Virus record (IMG/VR): IMGVR_UViG_3300009702_000014
Span: 1 to 62,444 of that record
Direction: 5' to 3' (one strand)
DNA: 62,444 nt
Source: a virus
Lineage: Duplodnaviria; Heunggongvirae; Uroviricota; Caudoviricetes
Shown: piece after piece, positions 20,707-30,005 of the stretch
Numbering within the stretch: position 1 is the first letter of the stretch
Layout of the letters: each line of letters begins with the position of its first letter
Notes under the pieces: generated by a model
The model's input: only the letters and a program-made list of their open reading frames with translations
Databases searched by the model: none
What the model was told of the DNA's origin: nothing
Position numbers and translations under genes: made by a program

Positions 20707-22667
20707 TACACCACCCCGATGCTCATAGCCAAATCATGATAACCAGTAGCTGTATCGTACATACCGGTATTAAATGTACGGAACATGCTTCCCACACTAG
20801 CGTTCAATGCAGGGTCAGGGTCAGGCATCTTGAACTTGATGGCATATGTCTTTCCCGACTGTAGACCAGTTGGGGCATTAAAGGTTAGGCTTAATGTCGA
20901 AGTTTGTCCTGCACGCGGTAGAGCAGCGCGTGGGTCAGCCAAAGCAATAACGTCAAAGGGACCGCCAGGACCGTCAAAAACCATCACAAACTCGTGGTTA
21001 AGGCTCATGCTGGAGTAGCCCACATTCTTCATGCTAATAGAAACATCCATACTAGCCCCAGCGGTAACTGATTGCGGAACGACAGCATTTAACACGACAA
21101 AGCGAGCACCAAGTTTTCGACAAACATCTGCTAATTGCGCATTTGTCCAATTCTGGTACCAAGCTGGGTAGCTGGCGTGAAGGGCAGCCTGGTTAGCCTC
21201 TGTAAAGTAGGTTGAAACCGCACTGTAGGTATTGTATGCAGTAGCAGTTCCGCTTCCACAGCCTTCTCCTACTATCGGTACATAAGGAGCAAAGGCATCG
21301 AGCACAGAGTGCCTATGAGAGACAGTCATGCCATCCCCTGTATAAAAAGTTGAGCCCATAGTAGCACCATCACCAATACAGTCGTTATAAAAGCCAAGAC
21401 GAGATTGATTGGAACCATTGAAAGCGTTTGCAGAATTAAAGAGTGTGTTGAAAAGTCCCCAGGGCATACTTGTTGACTGGTCTAGTGGTCCAAAAAATAG
21501 AAGATTTCGGAGCCCAACAAAGATGCTGGGGTCTAGATTGGCCAAGGCCGCATTTATAATTTGGCCTAGTAACCAACCACCACTATCCGTTCCACGAACT
21601 AGATTATTTTGACTTTCCCCTATGCCAATGTGACATTCTCCCCAAGGCCCAGCAAAACCAATTTGAAAGAGAGCGATTGCCGCTTTTTTTGCATTAATGA
21701 TGGGAGCCATTTGTTGAATGTGACGGATAGCTTGTGCCTTAGTGGCGTCTGTATTCGCAGAAGAATTAGAATACCTTGGTCTAAGAATAACTTTTACATC
21801 GCCCGCAATCATAGAATCCAATAAGGTACTCATTCTAGTCAACTCACTGGCGGAAATATCTGTATTGACCCAGTTTAATAATTCCCAATTAATCCACTGT
21901 ACTTTCATACCATTGGCAACATTGCTCCACGGAGCAGCAGGGGTTGGGTTGTTGAGGGCGCTCGTGCTAAACAAGCCCTGACCAGGGAGGAAAGAGATGG
22001 TCGTCGTGTCTTCTTGATATGTTTTAGTTTGGGTGCCGGAAGGAATTGGAGTAGGGGACGGAGGCGGTGCTGTACCACTGCTAGTGTTCTGGTAAGTCCA
22101 TAGTTGTGTTCCTTGCGTAAGTTGGCCAAATCCTATCTTTGCAGTAAAGGATGCAGTATTACGATACCAGTTCTCGACAATAACAGTGGCCTGTGTAGCG
22201 GGGGGAATAGGGTCAGTAACAAGGCTGTAACGAACCTCTCCGTCTATTGGATTATAGGGCCAGAATATTTCTGTATATGGCTCGTTATTCCATGTACCAT
22301 CTAGATGCAGGTAATAAGAAACCCCGTCTTCATCTACATGTATAGCATATTTTAAAAAGTTGGCTTTATTGCTAGACATAGCAAAGCTGTAATTATACTG
22401 TACTCCAGGCACCACAGCAATGTCACGACGAGCAACCACATATACAACCTCACTGCCTGAACCCTCATTCCATGTAACGACATTCCCGGAAATTCCTGCA
22501 ATAGTTCCATTTCCATGTGAGACGGTTGTAGTACCTGTGGTACCAACGTAATCATTCAGAAAATCACTATCAGGAAATAGATTTGATGTAGCAGTCGGAG
22601 GAGCGGGCGTACCACCCCCGCCTGTATGCTTTTTACGTGTGTATATCCAACGAATAAGTCCTGACAT
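20706..22667 (-). CDS. DUF4874/DUF4832 putative glycoside hydrolase with N-terminal CBM-like domain (653 aa)
   Basis: KVILRPRY, QIGFAGPWGECH, RLGFYNDC, RKLGARFV, KNVGYS motifs. Confidence 0.7.
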   Translation of the reverse strand: MSGLIRWIYTRKKHTGGGGTPAPPTATSNLFPDSDFLNDYVGTTGTTTVSHGNGTIAGISGNVVTWNEGSGSEVVYVVARRDIAVVPGVQYNYSFAMSSNKANFLKYAIHVDEDGVSYYLHLDGTWNNEPYTEIFWPYNPIDGEVRYSLVTDPIPPATQATVIVENWYRNTASFTAKIGFGQLTQGTQLWTYQNTSSGTAPPPSPTPIPSGTQTKTYQEDTTTISFLPGQGLFSTSALNNPTPAAPWSNVANGMKVQWINWELLNWVNTDISASELTRMSTLLDSMIAGDVKVILRPRYSNSSANTDATKAQAIRHIQQMAPIINAKKAAIALFQIGFAGPWGECHIGIGESQNNLVRGTDSGGWLLGQIINAALANLDPSIFVGLRNLLFFGPLDQSTSMPWGLFNTLFNSANAFNGSNQSRLGFYNDCIGDGATMGSTFYTGDGMTVSHRHSVLDAFAPYVPIVGEGCGSGTATAYNTYSAVSTYFTEANQAALHASYPAWYQNWTNAQLADVCRKLGARFVVLNAVVPQSVTAGASMDVSISMKNVGYSSMSLNHEFVMVFDGPGGPFDVIALADPRAALPRAGQTSTLSLTFNAPTGLQSGKTYAIKFKMPDPDPALNASVGSMFRTFNTGMYDTATGYHDLAMSIGVV

Positions 22668-22682
22668 TATTTTCTCCTAGCC

Positions 22683-24683
22683 TTAGCTCGGTACATAAGG
22701 GTGTAGAGTAGGCCCTTCTGTGACTTGCAAAAGAGCCAGCTCTGTCGTAAAGGTGGCAGATACATTTCTATATGCAGCAGACATCGTAAGAGTAGCTGTA
22801 GTGCCTGCCGGTACAGGATTTGTTGCAGTACTGTACCTAGTCCACGTATTATTGGCCAAGAAAGGAGGAGCGTATTCGTAAGATGTTGTTGACCATGTAA
22901 CCCCGTCGGGGTTTAACCAGTAAGTTGTACTATCCACTACTATCGCTATCTGATGTTTCATGCAATTAGCATATCCAGCTTTTGCATACCAACTGAAATT
23001 AAGTGCAACACCCGGCGTCACGGAAATACCCGTACGATAATCAATGACATTCAATACATCAGAGCCGGTTTGATTCCAAACTACCATATTAACAGTACCA
23101 TAAGGGGAGATAATCCCTGTGGTATGTGAAGCCGTTGACGTGCCAACTACTCCTACGGCATCCGTAGCAAGAGAGCTATTCGGAAAGAGATTAACGATAG
23201 CGGCAGTTGTTAGTTGTCCACTTAGTAACCACGTATTCGCTGATAGTTTAGTTAAAAAGAGAGCCACATACTGTGCAGCAGGAGTCAGGTAATTAGTTTC
23301 GCTAAGGATGGTTACTCCATACCCTGCGGCCAACGTAACTGCTCCAGCACCTAGCTGAGCGACACGCACCGTAGAGCCTATAGGGAAAACTACGTCAGTA
23401 TCAGACGGGATGGTGACAATACTAGGTGCAGCATTATTCATGGTTACAAGTGCACCTGCATCAGCCAAGGTTAAGGTATAGTTGGTTCCGGTCTGTGCGT
23501 TTACAGTATTTCCGCTACCAACAAGGGTCGTGCCAACACGCTGTAGGTATTGGCCGTCGCTAACGGCTCCCAAAAGAAGTGTTGTTGGCCCCGATGTTTC
23601 AGTTAATCCGTTTGAGGTAGCAGAAACATCAACAATTCCGTCTGCATTCTTATCATAGACGGATTTATACATGTCGCCACCGCTAACAGTAAACGCCCCC
23701 AAATCTCCCAAAGCATGAAAAATATCTCCGGCCTTGGAATAAACATAAGCCGCTGCATCCTTGGTTTCTAAGGTAGTAGCAAGAGCATCGAGAGTAGCGC
23801 CTGAGCCAGCAGCTAGTGTGATGATGCCGGTGCCCACATTAACTACTCCCACTTCAAATCCAACACTTAGATTTACAGGAAATGTCACAGTAAATGTTCC
23901 AGTGCATTCTAGGGTGCTGCCATTATCGGCTTGAGTAACAATGTATGCGCCTGTGAGCGCCTTTGTAACAGCACTACGATACTCCAAACCCGAAGGTTGG
24001 GCAGAATTTGCTACTATCGACTCACCATCCGCACCCACGGGCAGGCGTACTGGGGAGGTGTCGTAGCTTATTATGTCACCGGGAGTAGTTAGCAAAGAGG
24101 CGAACGGGCTCGACCACGCAATGCCACCAGCACCATCCGCTTTAGGTACATCGCCCGAAGCCCCAGGGGTGCTACTTAATACTGTTAAGAGAGCGCCCGG
24201 TTGTACAGCCGTGGCCCCTGCGCTGGATGCTACAGCATTTTCAGCCAAGGCACCTTCTACATCAGTAGAAGCGAAATGCCCCGCCAAATCTGTAATGCCA
24301 ATATCGGATGCTTTTAAGACTATTGTACCTGTTTTCCCGTTAACAGAATCAATAATGCTAGCCTGTTTAAGCTTAGTCCAATTTGTACCATTAAAAATAA
24401 CCCAGTCACCAACCCCCCAAGAAGAAATTCCGCCAAGGAGGGTTGTTCCTGCCACAGCTACTACATAATAGTCTCCAGGAAGGCCAGTGCTGTCCACAAG
24501 TGTCGGAACATTTAGTGAAGCATCCCAAGCCCCCACATATTTAATGCCCCCGGCACTTGCAATAGCGGTTTCTAGAGCATTGTGTGCAACTCGGAGTGTT
24601 TCTAGATTTGTGTTAAGTATGGTTTTACCGTCGGAAAGGGTTGTTGTTGATAAAATTTGTGTAAGTGTTGGAATGTTAGCCAT
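22683..24683 (-). CDS. Tail fibre-like protein with C-terminal CBM-like domain (666 aa)
   Basis: YVGAWDAS..GDYYVV..GDWVIF, SVNGKTG, NAQTGTNYTLTLADAG modules. Confidence 0.75.
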   Translation of the reverse strand: MANIPTLTQILSTTTLSDGKTILNTNLETLRVAHNALETAIASAGGIKYVGAWDASLNVPTLVDSTGLPGDYYVVAVAGTTLLGGISSWGVGDWVIFNGTNWTKLKQASIIDSVNGKTGTIVLKASDIGITDLAGHFASTDVEGALAENAVASSAGATAVQPGALLTVLSSTPGASGDVPKADGAGGIAWSSPFASLLTTPGDIISYDTSPVRLPVGADGESIVANSAQPSGLEYRSAVTKALTGAYIVTQADNGSTLECTGTFTVTFPVNLSVGFEVGVVNVGTGIITLAAGSGATLDALATTLETKDAAAYVYSKAGDIFHALGDLGAFTVSGGDMYKSVYDKNADGIVDVSATSNGLTETSGPTTLLLGAVSDGQYLQRVGTTLVGSGNTVNAQTGTNYTLTLADAGALVTMNNAAPSIVTIPSDTDVVFPIGSTVRVAQLGAGAVTLAAGYGVTILSETNYLTPAAQYVALFLTKLSANTWLLSGQLTTAAIVNLFPNSSLATDAVGVVGTSTASHTTGIISPYGTVNMVVWNQTGSDVLNVIDYRTGISVTPGVALNFSWYAKAGYANCMKHQIAIVVDSTTYWLNPDGVTWSTTSYEYAPPFLANNTWTRYSTATNPVPAGTTATLTMSAAYRNVSATFTTELALLQVTEGPTLHPYVPS

Positions 24684-25018
24684 TATACTTGCGTCCCCGC
24701 AAAGGTGTAAGGGGAGGAAAAAGTTAGAATAGTGCTATTCCAAAGGACAGTACCCCTCAAGAAGGTGTCAACGCTGAAAACCAGCATCTCATTGCCGTAC
24801 TCTACATACATGATTTTAAAATCCACCCCAAGTTTATCAATAAGGGGTTGGCAGATAATGGTCCCATTAGCGTAGGCAGACAACTCTGTGGAGTCATATG
24901 CGACTTCAAATACGCTATTGGCGAAATCAACAATAACTACCTTGGGATAGTAATTATTTACATTACTACTTCCCTTAGTAGTTATTTCCCCTTTTGCTCT
25001 TAGCTTAACAGAGAACAT
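24683..25018 (-). CDS. Hypothetical protein (111 aa)
   Basis: Coupled to the fibre gene; promoter-proximal start. Confidence 0.55.
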   Translation of the reverse strand: MFSVKLRAKGEITTKGSSNVNNYYPKVVIVDFANSVFEVAYDSTELSAYANGTIICQPLIDKLGVDFKIMYVEYGNEMLVFSVDTFLRGTVLWNSTILTFSSPYTFAGTQV

Positions 25019-25058
25019 GACTATATTGTACCCGAGTGGCGTGGATAATCCAACTGCG

Positions 25059-25400
25059 TTACATATTAGACAGAGGTATGCGGGTTGCGCGAAAATCCTT
25101 ATCTAGGAGCAAGTTCATGATGTTTTTGGCCCCCACAGGATTCATCGAATGCACAATGAAATTTATAGTGGTAGGGTCTACTTCGGAAAAGTCTATCTTT
25201 TTCAACTCATCGTAAACATCAACACCACCTAAATCGTGGTCTAGGAACACAATGTCGGCCCCAAGAACCAAGTCCTCACGAAATTCCGGGCTGTGAGTAA
25301 CATCAAATTCATCATCCAACTGGATATTACGTTTAATCCAATTAAGAATAGTAGCTAGTCGGCTCATTTCATCATCAATCACAACAACTCGTATCATCAC
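25059..25400 (-). CDS. Cyclic-phosphate-processing receiver-like (cREC) domain protein
   Basis: VVVIDDE...VFLDHDLG...FIVHSMNPVGAKNI signature. Confidence 0.75.
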   Translation of the reverse strand: MMIRVVVIDDEMSRLATILNWIKRNIQLDDEFDVTHSPEFREDLVLGADIVFLDHDLGGVDVYDELKKIDFSEVDPTTINFIVHSMNPVGAKNIMNLLLDKDFRATRIPLSNM

Positions 25401-25406
25401 TACTCC

Positions 25407-25804
25407 TTAGGGGTCTTGTGGAAATCTTAGAAAAGTAACTACAATGGGAGGAATGGTTAAATATTTTCCCCACGGTAAAGTATATGGAGGCTTAAAGGCA
25501 AAGGTGTCTACGGGATTTTCAACTTTCTGAATAACAACCCTGTCTTTATTTACTTGATACCATGCATCATATTCTACCTCAGACGCGAATTCTAGTGTCT
25601 CACTCTGTACCATCATGAATCCCTGGGAAACTCTAGATAGGTAACTGTCATGGCAGGTATCGGAGAGTTGTAACCAATGATGAGGGGGTACGCGAAGGTA
25701 ATGTTAGCATAGGCTATGTTTTGGATTATTACAAAGCCCTCATTTAACTCCCTCCACGCTTCGTAGGCCCTTGTGGAATTAAACTCTACCGTCTTTTGAA
25801 TCAT
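25407..25804 (-). CDS. Two tandem paralogous small proteins (25407-25616, 25613-25804)
   Basis: T(L/V)EF.S...Y.AW...N...V.I...(I/M).VT(F/Y)L.FP.D shared. Confidence 0.65.
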
Positions 25805-25901
25805 GTTACCTCATCCTTTTGTGAAAATTATGAGATTGCTCTCAAGTGTTACTCCAAGAAAGACTCATCTTTCTAATATGTGATGTGTTAAAATACTGTT
25901 T

Positions 25902-26319
25902 ATGACAAAAGAAAAGTTTAATTTAAAGATGGCCGAAGCCTTAGGCTGGGTAGATTTTTGGCAGGATAGACGTACCGGAAAATGGTATGCTTACCGTGAC
26001 GAATATCTTCAAGGCCCGCATGGATATGAAGCGGAACGCGGTCCTATTCCCGACTTCACAGATTTTCAACAGATTCAAGAGTTGGACTGGCTTTGGAGTA
26101 CGTGGGTTGCAAAGCTCACACCCGAGTGACATAATGTATTCTTTAGGGGTGATACAAATGGGAGACCCATTTGAACCGGATGAACCGGATGAAACTTTAA
26201 GTATTCTTCAAGCAGGAGAAGAAGATGCACTCACTTTTGAAGAGGCTATTGGACACTGGCTTAATACCATCGTGGATGAGATTGAGGCACAAACCAGAAA
26301 AACAAAGCCAGGAGGATAA
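25902..26319 (+). CDS. Two small hypothetical proteins (25902-26129, 26134-26319)
   Basis: Co-oriented ORFs after a -10-like box; second start re-assigned to ATG 26134. Confidence 0.5.
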
Positions 26320-26518
26320 AATTCTTCACCCACTATTTGAATATCTAATGAGAGAGGATTGAGAAGTCCTCTCCTTTAATTATAGCCCGACGCGGCTGAG
26401 AAAACAACTCTCACGATTCTAATTTATAAGCTGATATAATAGTGAAAACGAGCCCCAAAAGATGTGCAAGCAGTCTCCTGGGGCTCCTTCTCAAGTATAC
26501 TGAAAGGAGTATACCATA

Positions 26519-26878
26519 ATGAAAAAGTTTAGTCTAATTGCTATATTTGTAGTGCTTGTAGGAATTTTGAGTAGTTGTACAATTCTCATTTCTCCCGCCA
26601 ACTCTACATTTGCTAGCTACTCAGCCGTCAACAACAACACTATCGTACTTTATGGCGTTACAGTAGACAGGGCTCAGTCAGTGACTATCGACGCCACCTG
26701 TAATGACGCGGGCCAGAGTTACAACCTTTATCTACAAGGTCATGCATATTTGAATCAAATTCCGCGAGACGTTACTCTAAGAATGGACAATGGTGACACC
26801 TTTAATAGCCTCACCATCTATTGTAGCTTTTGGGCTATAAATTCGATTACAGGCAGATACATAAGGATTAACTATTAA
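26519..26878 (+). CDS. Lipoprotein (119 aa)
   Basis: MKKFSLIAIFVVLVGILSS-C lipobox signal; SD GAAAGGAG. Confidence 0.75.
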   Translation: MKKFSLIAIFVVLVGILSSCTILISPANSTFASYSAVNNNTIVLYGVTVDRAQSVTIDATCNDAGQSYNLYLQGHAYLNQIPRDVTLRMDNGDTFNSLTIYCSFWAINSITGRYIRINY

Positions 26879-26930
26879 TCCGGTGTAACGACCTTTTGGT
26901 TTATACTCATGAAATTAGAGCTGATAACGT

Positions 26931-27901
26931 ATGACAAAGGATAAAACCATAGAATCGAGCTTCGCGGACATGATTAAAATTGTAAACTATTCTGTAGTAC
27001 TGGACGAATACCCGGATGAGGCTTCCACTGTGCCTATGGATTATGTAAAGGACACACCAAACCAACTCATGCCTGAGTTACGTGCTACACAACAGCACCT
27101 ACATAATATAAAGAAAACAGGCATTAGCACAAATCTCTCCCTTATAGACGCTAAAGAGGCTATGCAGGTTTTGGCCCTGATAAGAAAGACGCTGGATACT
27201 ATAATCGACCAAGCTAACAACAAACTAACAATCAAGGAAATTCCATGAGGCTACTCAAAAGAAAGCCCCATTATATCAATACAGCAGGATACCTGCTTAT
27301 CAAAAAAAAAAAGGAAAATTCTGTTTTTACAAGCCAAAAAAGAAACATGATTAGTTCTAGAGCATGAAATAGATGCGGATGGAGGATACAGGCCAATGAT
27401 TAAGCCAATAGGTTTTTTAATATTAGCAACTCTAACAGGTCTTGTTTTCATAGTTGCTTCTCAGGCAACGATATGGGCAGCCCTCGGAATGGTTTGTCTA
27501 TGGCTCGCTGTCCTGGTGTTCCTGCTGGATATCTTTAAAAACGGAGGACACCCGGTCTCTTTGAAACTGAATTACGGGGGAAATAAATGGTAATAGCTAT
27601 TCTTTTATGGTTGAGCGTGGTACTGATTTTAATATCTGCTGCCATAATTTCTTTAGGAGTTATTTGGCCCAGGATTAGGCGGCTGAGAAACGTACTACGG
27701 AAACCCTTACAGCGCAAATTGGTGATAGTTAGAGTTGAAACTATTATAGGCAACTACTATACGATTATTTCAGTAGACTCCTTTCAGCCTTCTGTTGGTT
27801 TTGTTATCCCAGCCTCAAGTCTTGCAGAGGCTAAAAAAGAAGCAGCAAAAATCTTTGAAAAGGATTATCCAATTGATGTATTTAAATGGGTGGAGAAGTA
27901 A
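26931..27901 (+). CDS. Three small proteins (26931-27248; membrane proteins 27396-27593 and 27587-27901)
   Basis: Co-oriented ORFs; the latter two have hydrophobic TM segments. Confidence 0.55.
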
Positions 27902-27916
27902 GCTAACCGCCCTAAA

Positions 27917-28648
27917 TTAGAAACTAAACTTTCCTATATCTACTCCATAGTTAGACATATAGAAAGAATTACTATCTATTGCAGACAACACATAGCCTGC
28001 CGCTGTTCCTATACCAGCCACAGGTGTGACACCATTCATAATAGGAACTGAGGATGCAAGTCCATTTACATCTGAAACAAAAGCATACATATTTGGTACA
28101 GAGTCTTCGTATAGTTTTACAAACAAACCATTCTCTGTAATGAATGCTCCAGTGTAACTTTGCGAAGGAAGTGGAGAAACTGCGTTTCCGCTTGTCAAAG
28201 CTCCAGTGGATAGAGTAACAATCTGTGGTTTTCCAGTTACATCGTTTAATGTCATAAACACGTCATGACTTAAAGAAAAGGCTCCTAGATGGCTTATGTC
28301 TAGATTGGTTATCTGTACTCTTGGGTATACATCAGAACCATCTACACCACTAATAGCATGTAGATAAGTATTAGGGGATGTTCCACCATATACAAGATAT
28401 AAAATGTCTTTTGTTTCGTCATAGGCTGAATTATAAAGCTCCGTGCTCCACCCATATGTTGTGACCATATCTTTGAACCAGGCACGTGTGTAAGGAGTTT
28501 GATTACTCAATGCCTCTATCATAACATTATATTGTGCCACACCAGAAGAAGAAGTAGCAGTCGCACATTGACCCACTACATAGGCCATTTTCTTACTGCT
28601 ATTGTAGTAGCTTCCGTAAATATTTGGAGGATAAGTAAATACTGGCAT
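27917..28648 (-). CDS. Beta-rich putative virion protein (243 aa)
   Basis: Ser/Thr/Tyr/Gly-rich, propeller-like; coupled to the upstream gene. Confidence 0.6.
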   Translation of the reverse strand: MPVFTYPPNIYGSYYNSSKKMAYVVGQCATATSSSGVAQYNVMIEALSNQTPYTRAWFKDMVTTYGWSTELYNSAYDETKDILYLVYGGTSPNTYLHAISGVDGSDVYPRVQITNLDISHLGAFSLSHDVFMTLNDVTGKPQIVTLSTGALTSGNAVSPLPSQSYTGAFITENGLFVKLYEDSVPNMYAFVSDVNGLASSVPIMNGVTPVAGIGTAAGYVLSAIDSNSFYMSNYGVDIGKFSF

Positions 28649-29466
28649 CAGAATGCACCTGCCATAATGTCAGAAGTTCCGGCTGTTGTCATATTAACAG
28701 TTGTTTTATTAACTAAATCCACTGCGTAGACAGCATCTCCTGGAACCTCCGCAAGAATAGTGCCTGAATCGAAATACTCTAGGTGAGTACCTGCATTTTG
28801 GCCTGTTGAGCCACTAACTACTCCAATCGGAATGGTGTATTGGTCTGTTCCATCGACCGGATTTAACTTTACAATACTGTAATTAGAACTTCCGTCTATA
28901 TTGATATAGAACATACCCTCTTTCGTAGAGAAAGAGGAGAAAGCAGTTGACGGAAGAGTACGAGTCCAGGCAGTCGTTGTATCCATATGTAGAGCATACA
29001 CTGTTAGTGCAGTAGAACCTAACGCAGATATTCCTCTATCTGTGAAAATGTAAATTAAACTACCATCCGTAGTTGCTATTGTTTGGGTGGTAAAGGTGGT
29101 ATCTGCTACTACAGACGCATGGCTAATTTGAGTAGCCGTGCCTAAGGTACTCATACTACCCTTGTACTCAAAAGAGAATCTGTCTGGAGTACTTCCTGCG
29201 GTAAAGTACCAATAAGCAGGAGTCGGTTTTTGATACTTAATTACATATGCACCTGTAGAATCTGAATAGGTGAGGTAGTCATAGGTAGCACCAAAATTAC
29301 TATCTGGCGGCTGTAGAAAAAATTTCTCATTAGATGAGAGGGTAACAGTACCACTAGTTACAGCCCTAGCAGTCCCAGTTTTATCATCAATTACAATTTT
29401 AGGAAAATTGGGATTCGCGTTTGCAGGAATCTCTTCCCGTTCTCCTTTCTTAAATTTCCACTCCAT
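28648..29466 (-). CDS. Beta-rich putative virion protein (272 aa)
   Basis: Propeller-like; SD GGAGAG before ATG. Confidence 0.6.
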   Translation of the reverse strand: MEWKFKKGEREEIPANANPNFPKIVIDDKTGTARAVTSGTVTLSSNEKFFLQPPDSNFGATYDYLTYSDSTGAYVIKYQKPTPAYWYFTAGSTPDRFSFEYKGSMSTLGTATQISHASVVADTTFTTQTIATTDGSLIYIFTDRGISALGSTALTVYALHMDTTTAWTRTLPSTAFSSFSTKEGMFYINIDGSSNYSIVKLNPVDGTDQYTIPIGVVSGSTGQNAGTHLEYFDSGTILAEVPGDAVYAVDLVNKTTVNMTTAGTSDIMAGAF

Positions 29467-29692
29467 TTCACTCTCCTACCGTATACCGTACTCTGTTAAA
29501 GGATAGGTTAATTATAAAGGATGTGCTCTGAATAAGCAAAGGACTATGCTATAATGTTTTATGAATAACCACCGGCGAAGGAGAATAAAATGGACCGAAT
29601 ATACATAATCGAAGTAAGAGGAACAGATTTCACGGTTGTTTCTAACGATGGAACACCACGGGTAAGAATTCACCTACAAGCAAAAACCCCAG

Positions 29693-29953
29693 ATGAAGCT
29701 GAGAAGGAAGCTCAAATTGTACTGGAAGACACCTATCCTAACATCACCTGGAAACCTCACCCATAAGGAGAAGAATATGTTTTTATGCGAAAAGTGTCTC
29801 GAAGAAAACAATGTGCCGCTTATACCCGCCCCCAATTCTTATGGCCCGTGCGAAGCTTGCGGGAAAATAACCTCCACGGTAGATATCCCTACCGAGTTTT
29901 TAATCGCGCGGGCAAAAGAAAAGCGGGAGATACGTAACTATAATTCCATGTAA
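29693..29953 (+). CDS. Small Cys-rich protein (real start probably MFLCEKC at ~29777)
   Basis: CEKC...CEAC zinc-ribbon pattern; SD AAGGAG before the internal ATG. Confidence 0.45.
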   Translation: MKLRRKLKLYWKTPILTSPGNLTHKEKNMFLCEKCLEENNVPLIPAPNSYGPCEACGKITSTVDIPTEFLIARAKEKREIRNYNSM

Positions 29954-29996
29954 CTATACTTACATGCAACTATACTTGCACGCAACTATACTTGCA
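29949..29996. repeat. Three tandem 16-bp imperfect palindromes (T/C)G(T/C)AACTATACTT(A/G)CA
   Basis: TGTAACTATACTTACA, TGCAACTATACTTGCA, CGCAACTATACTTGCA read directly. Confidence 0.85.
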
Positions 29997-30005
29997 TGGA
30001 CTAAT

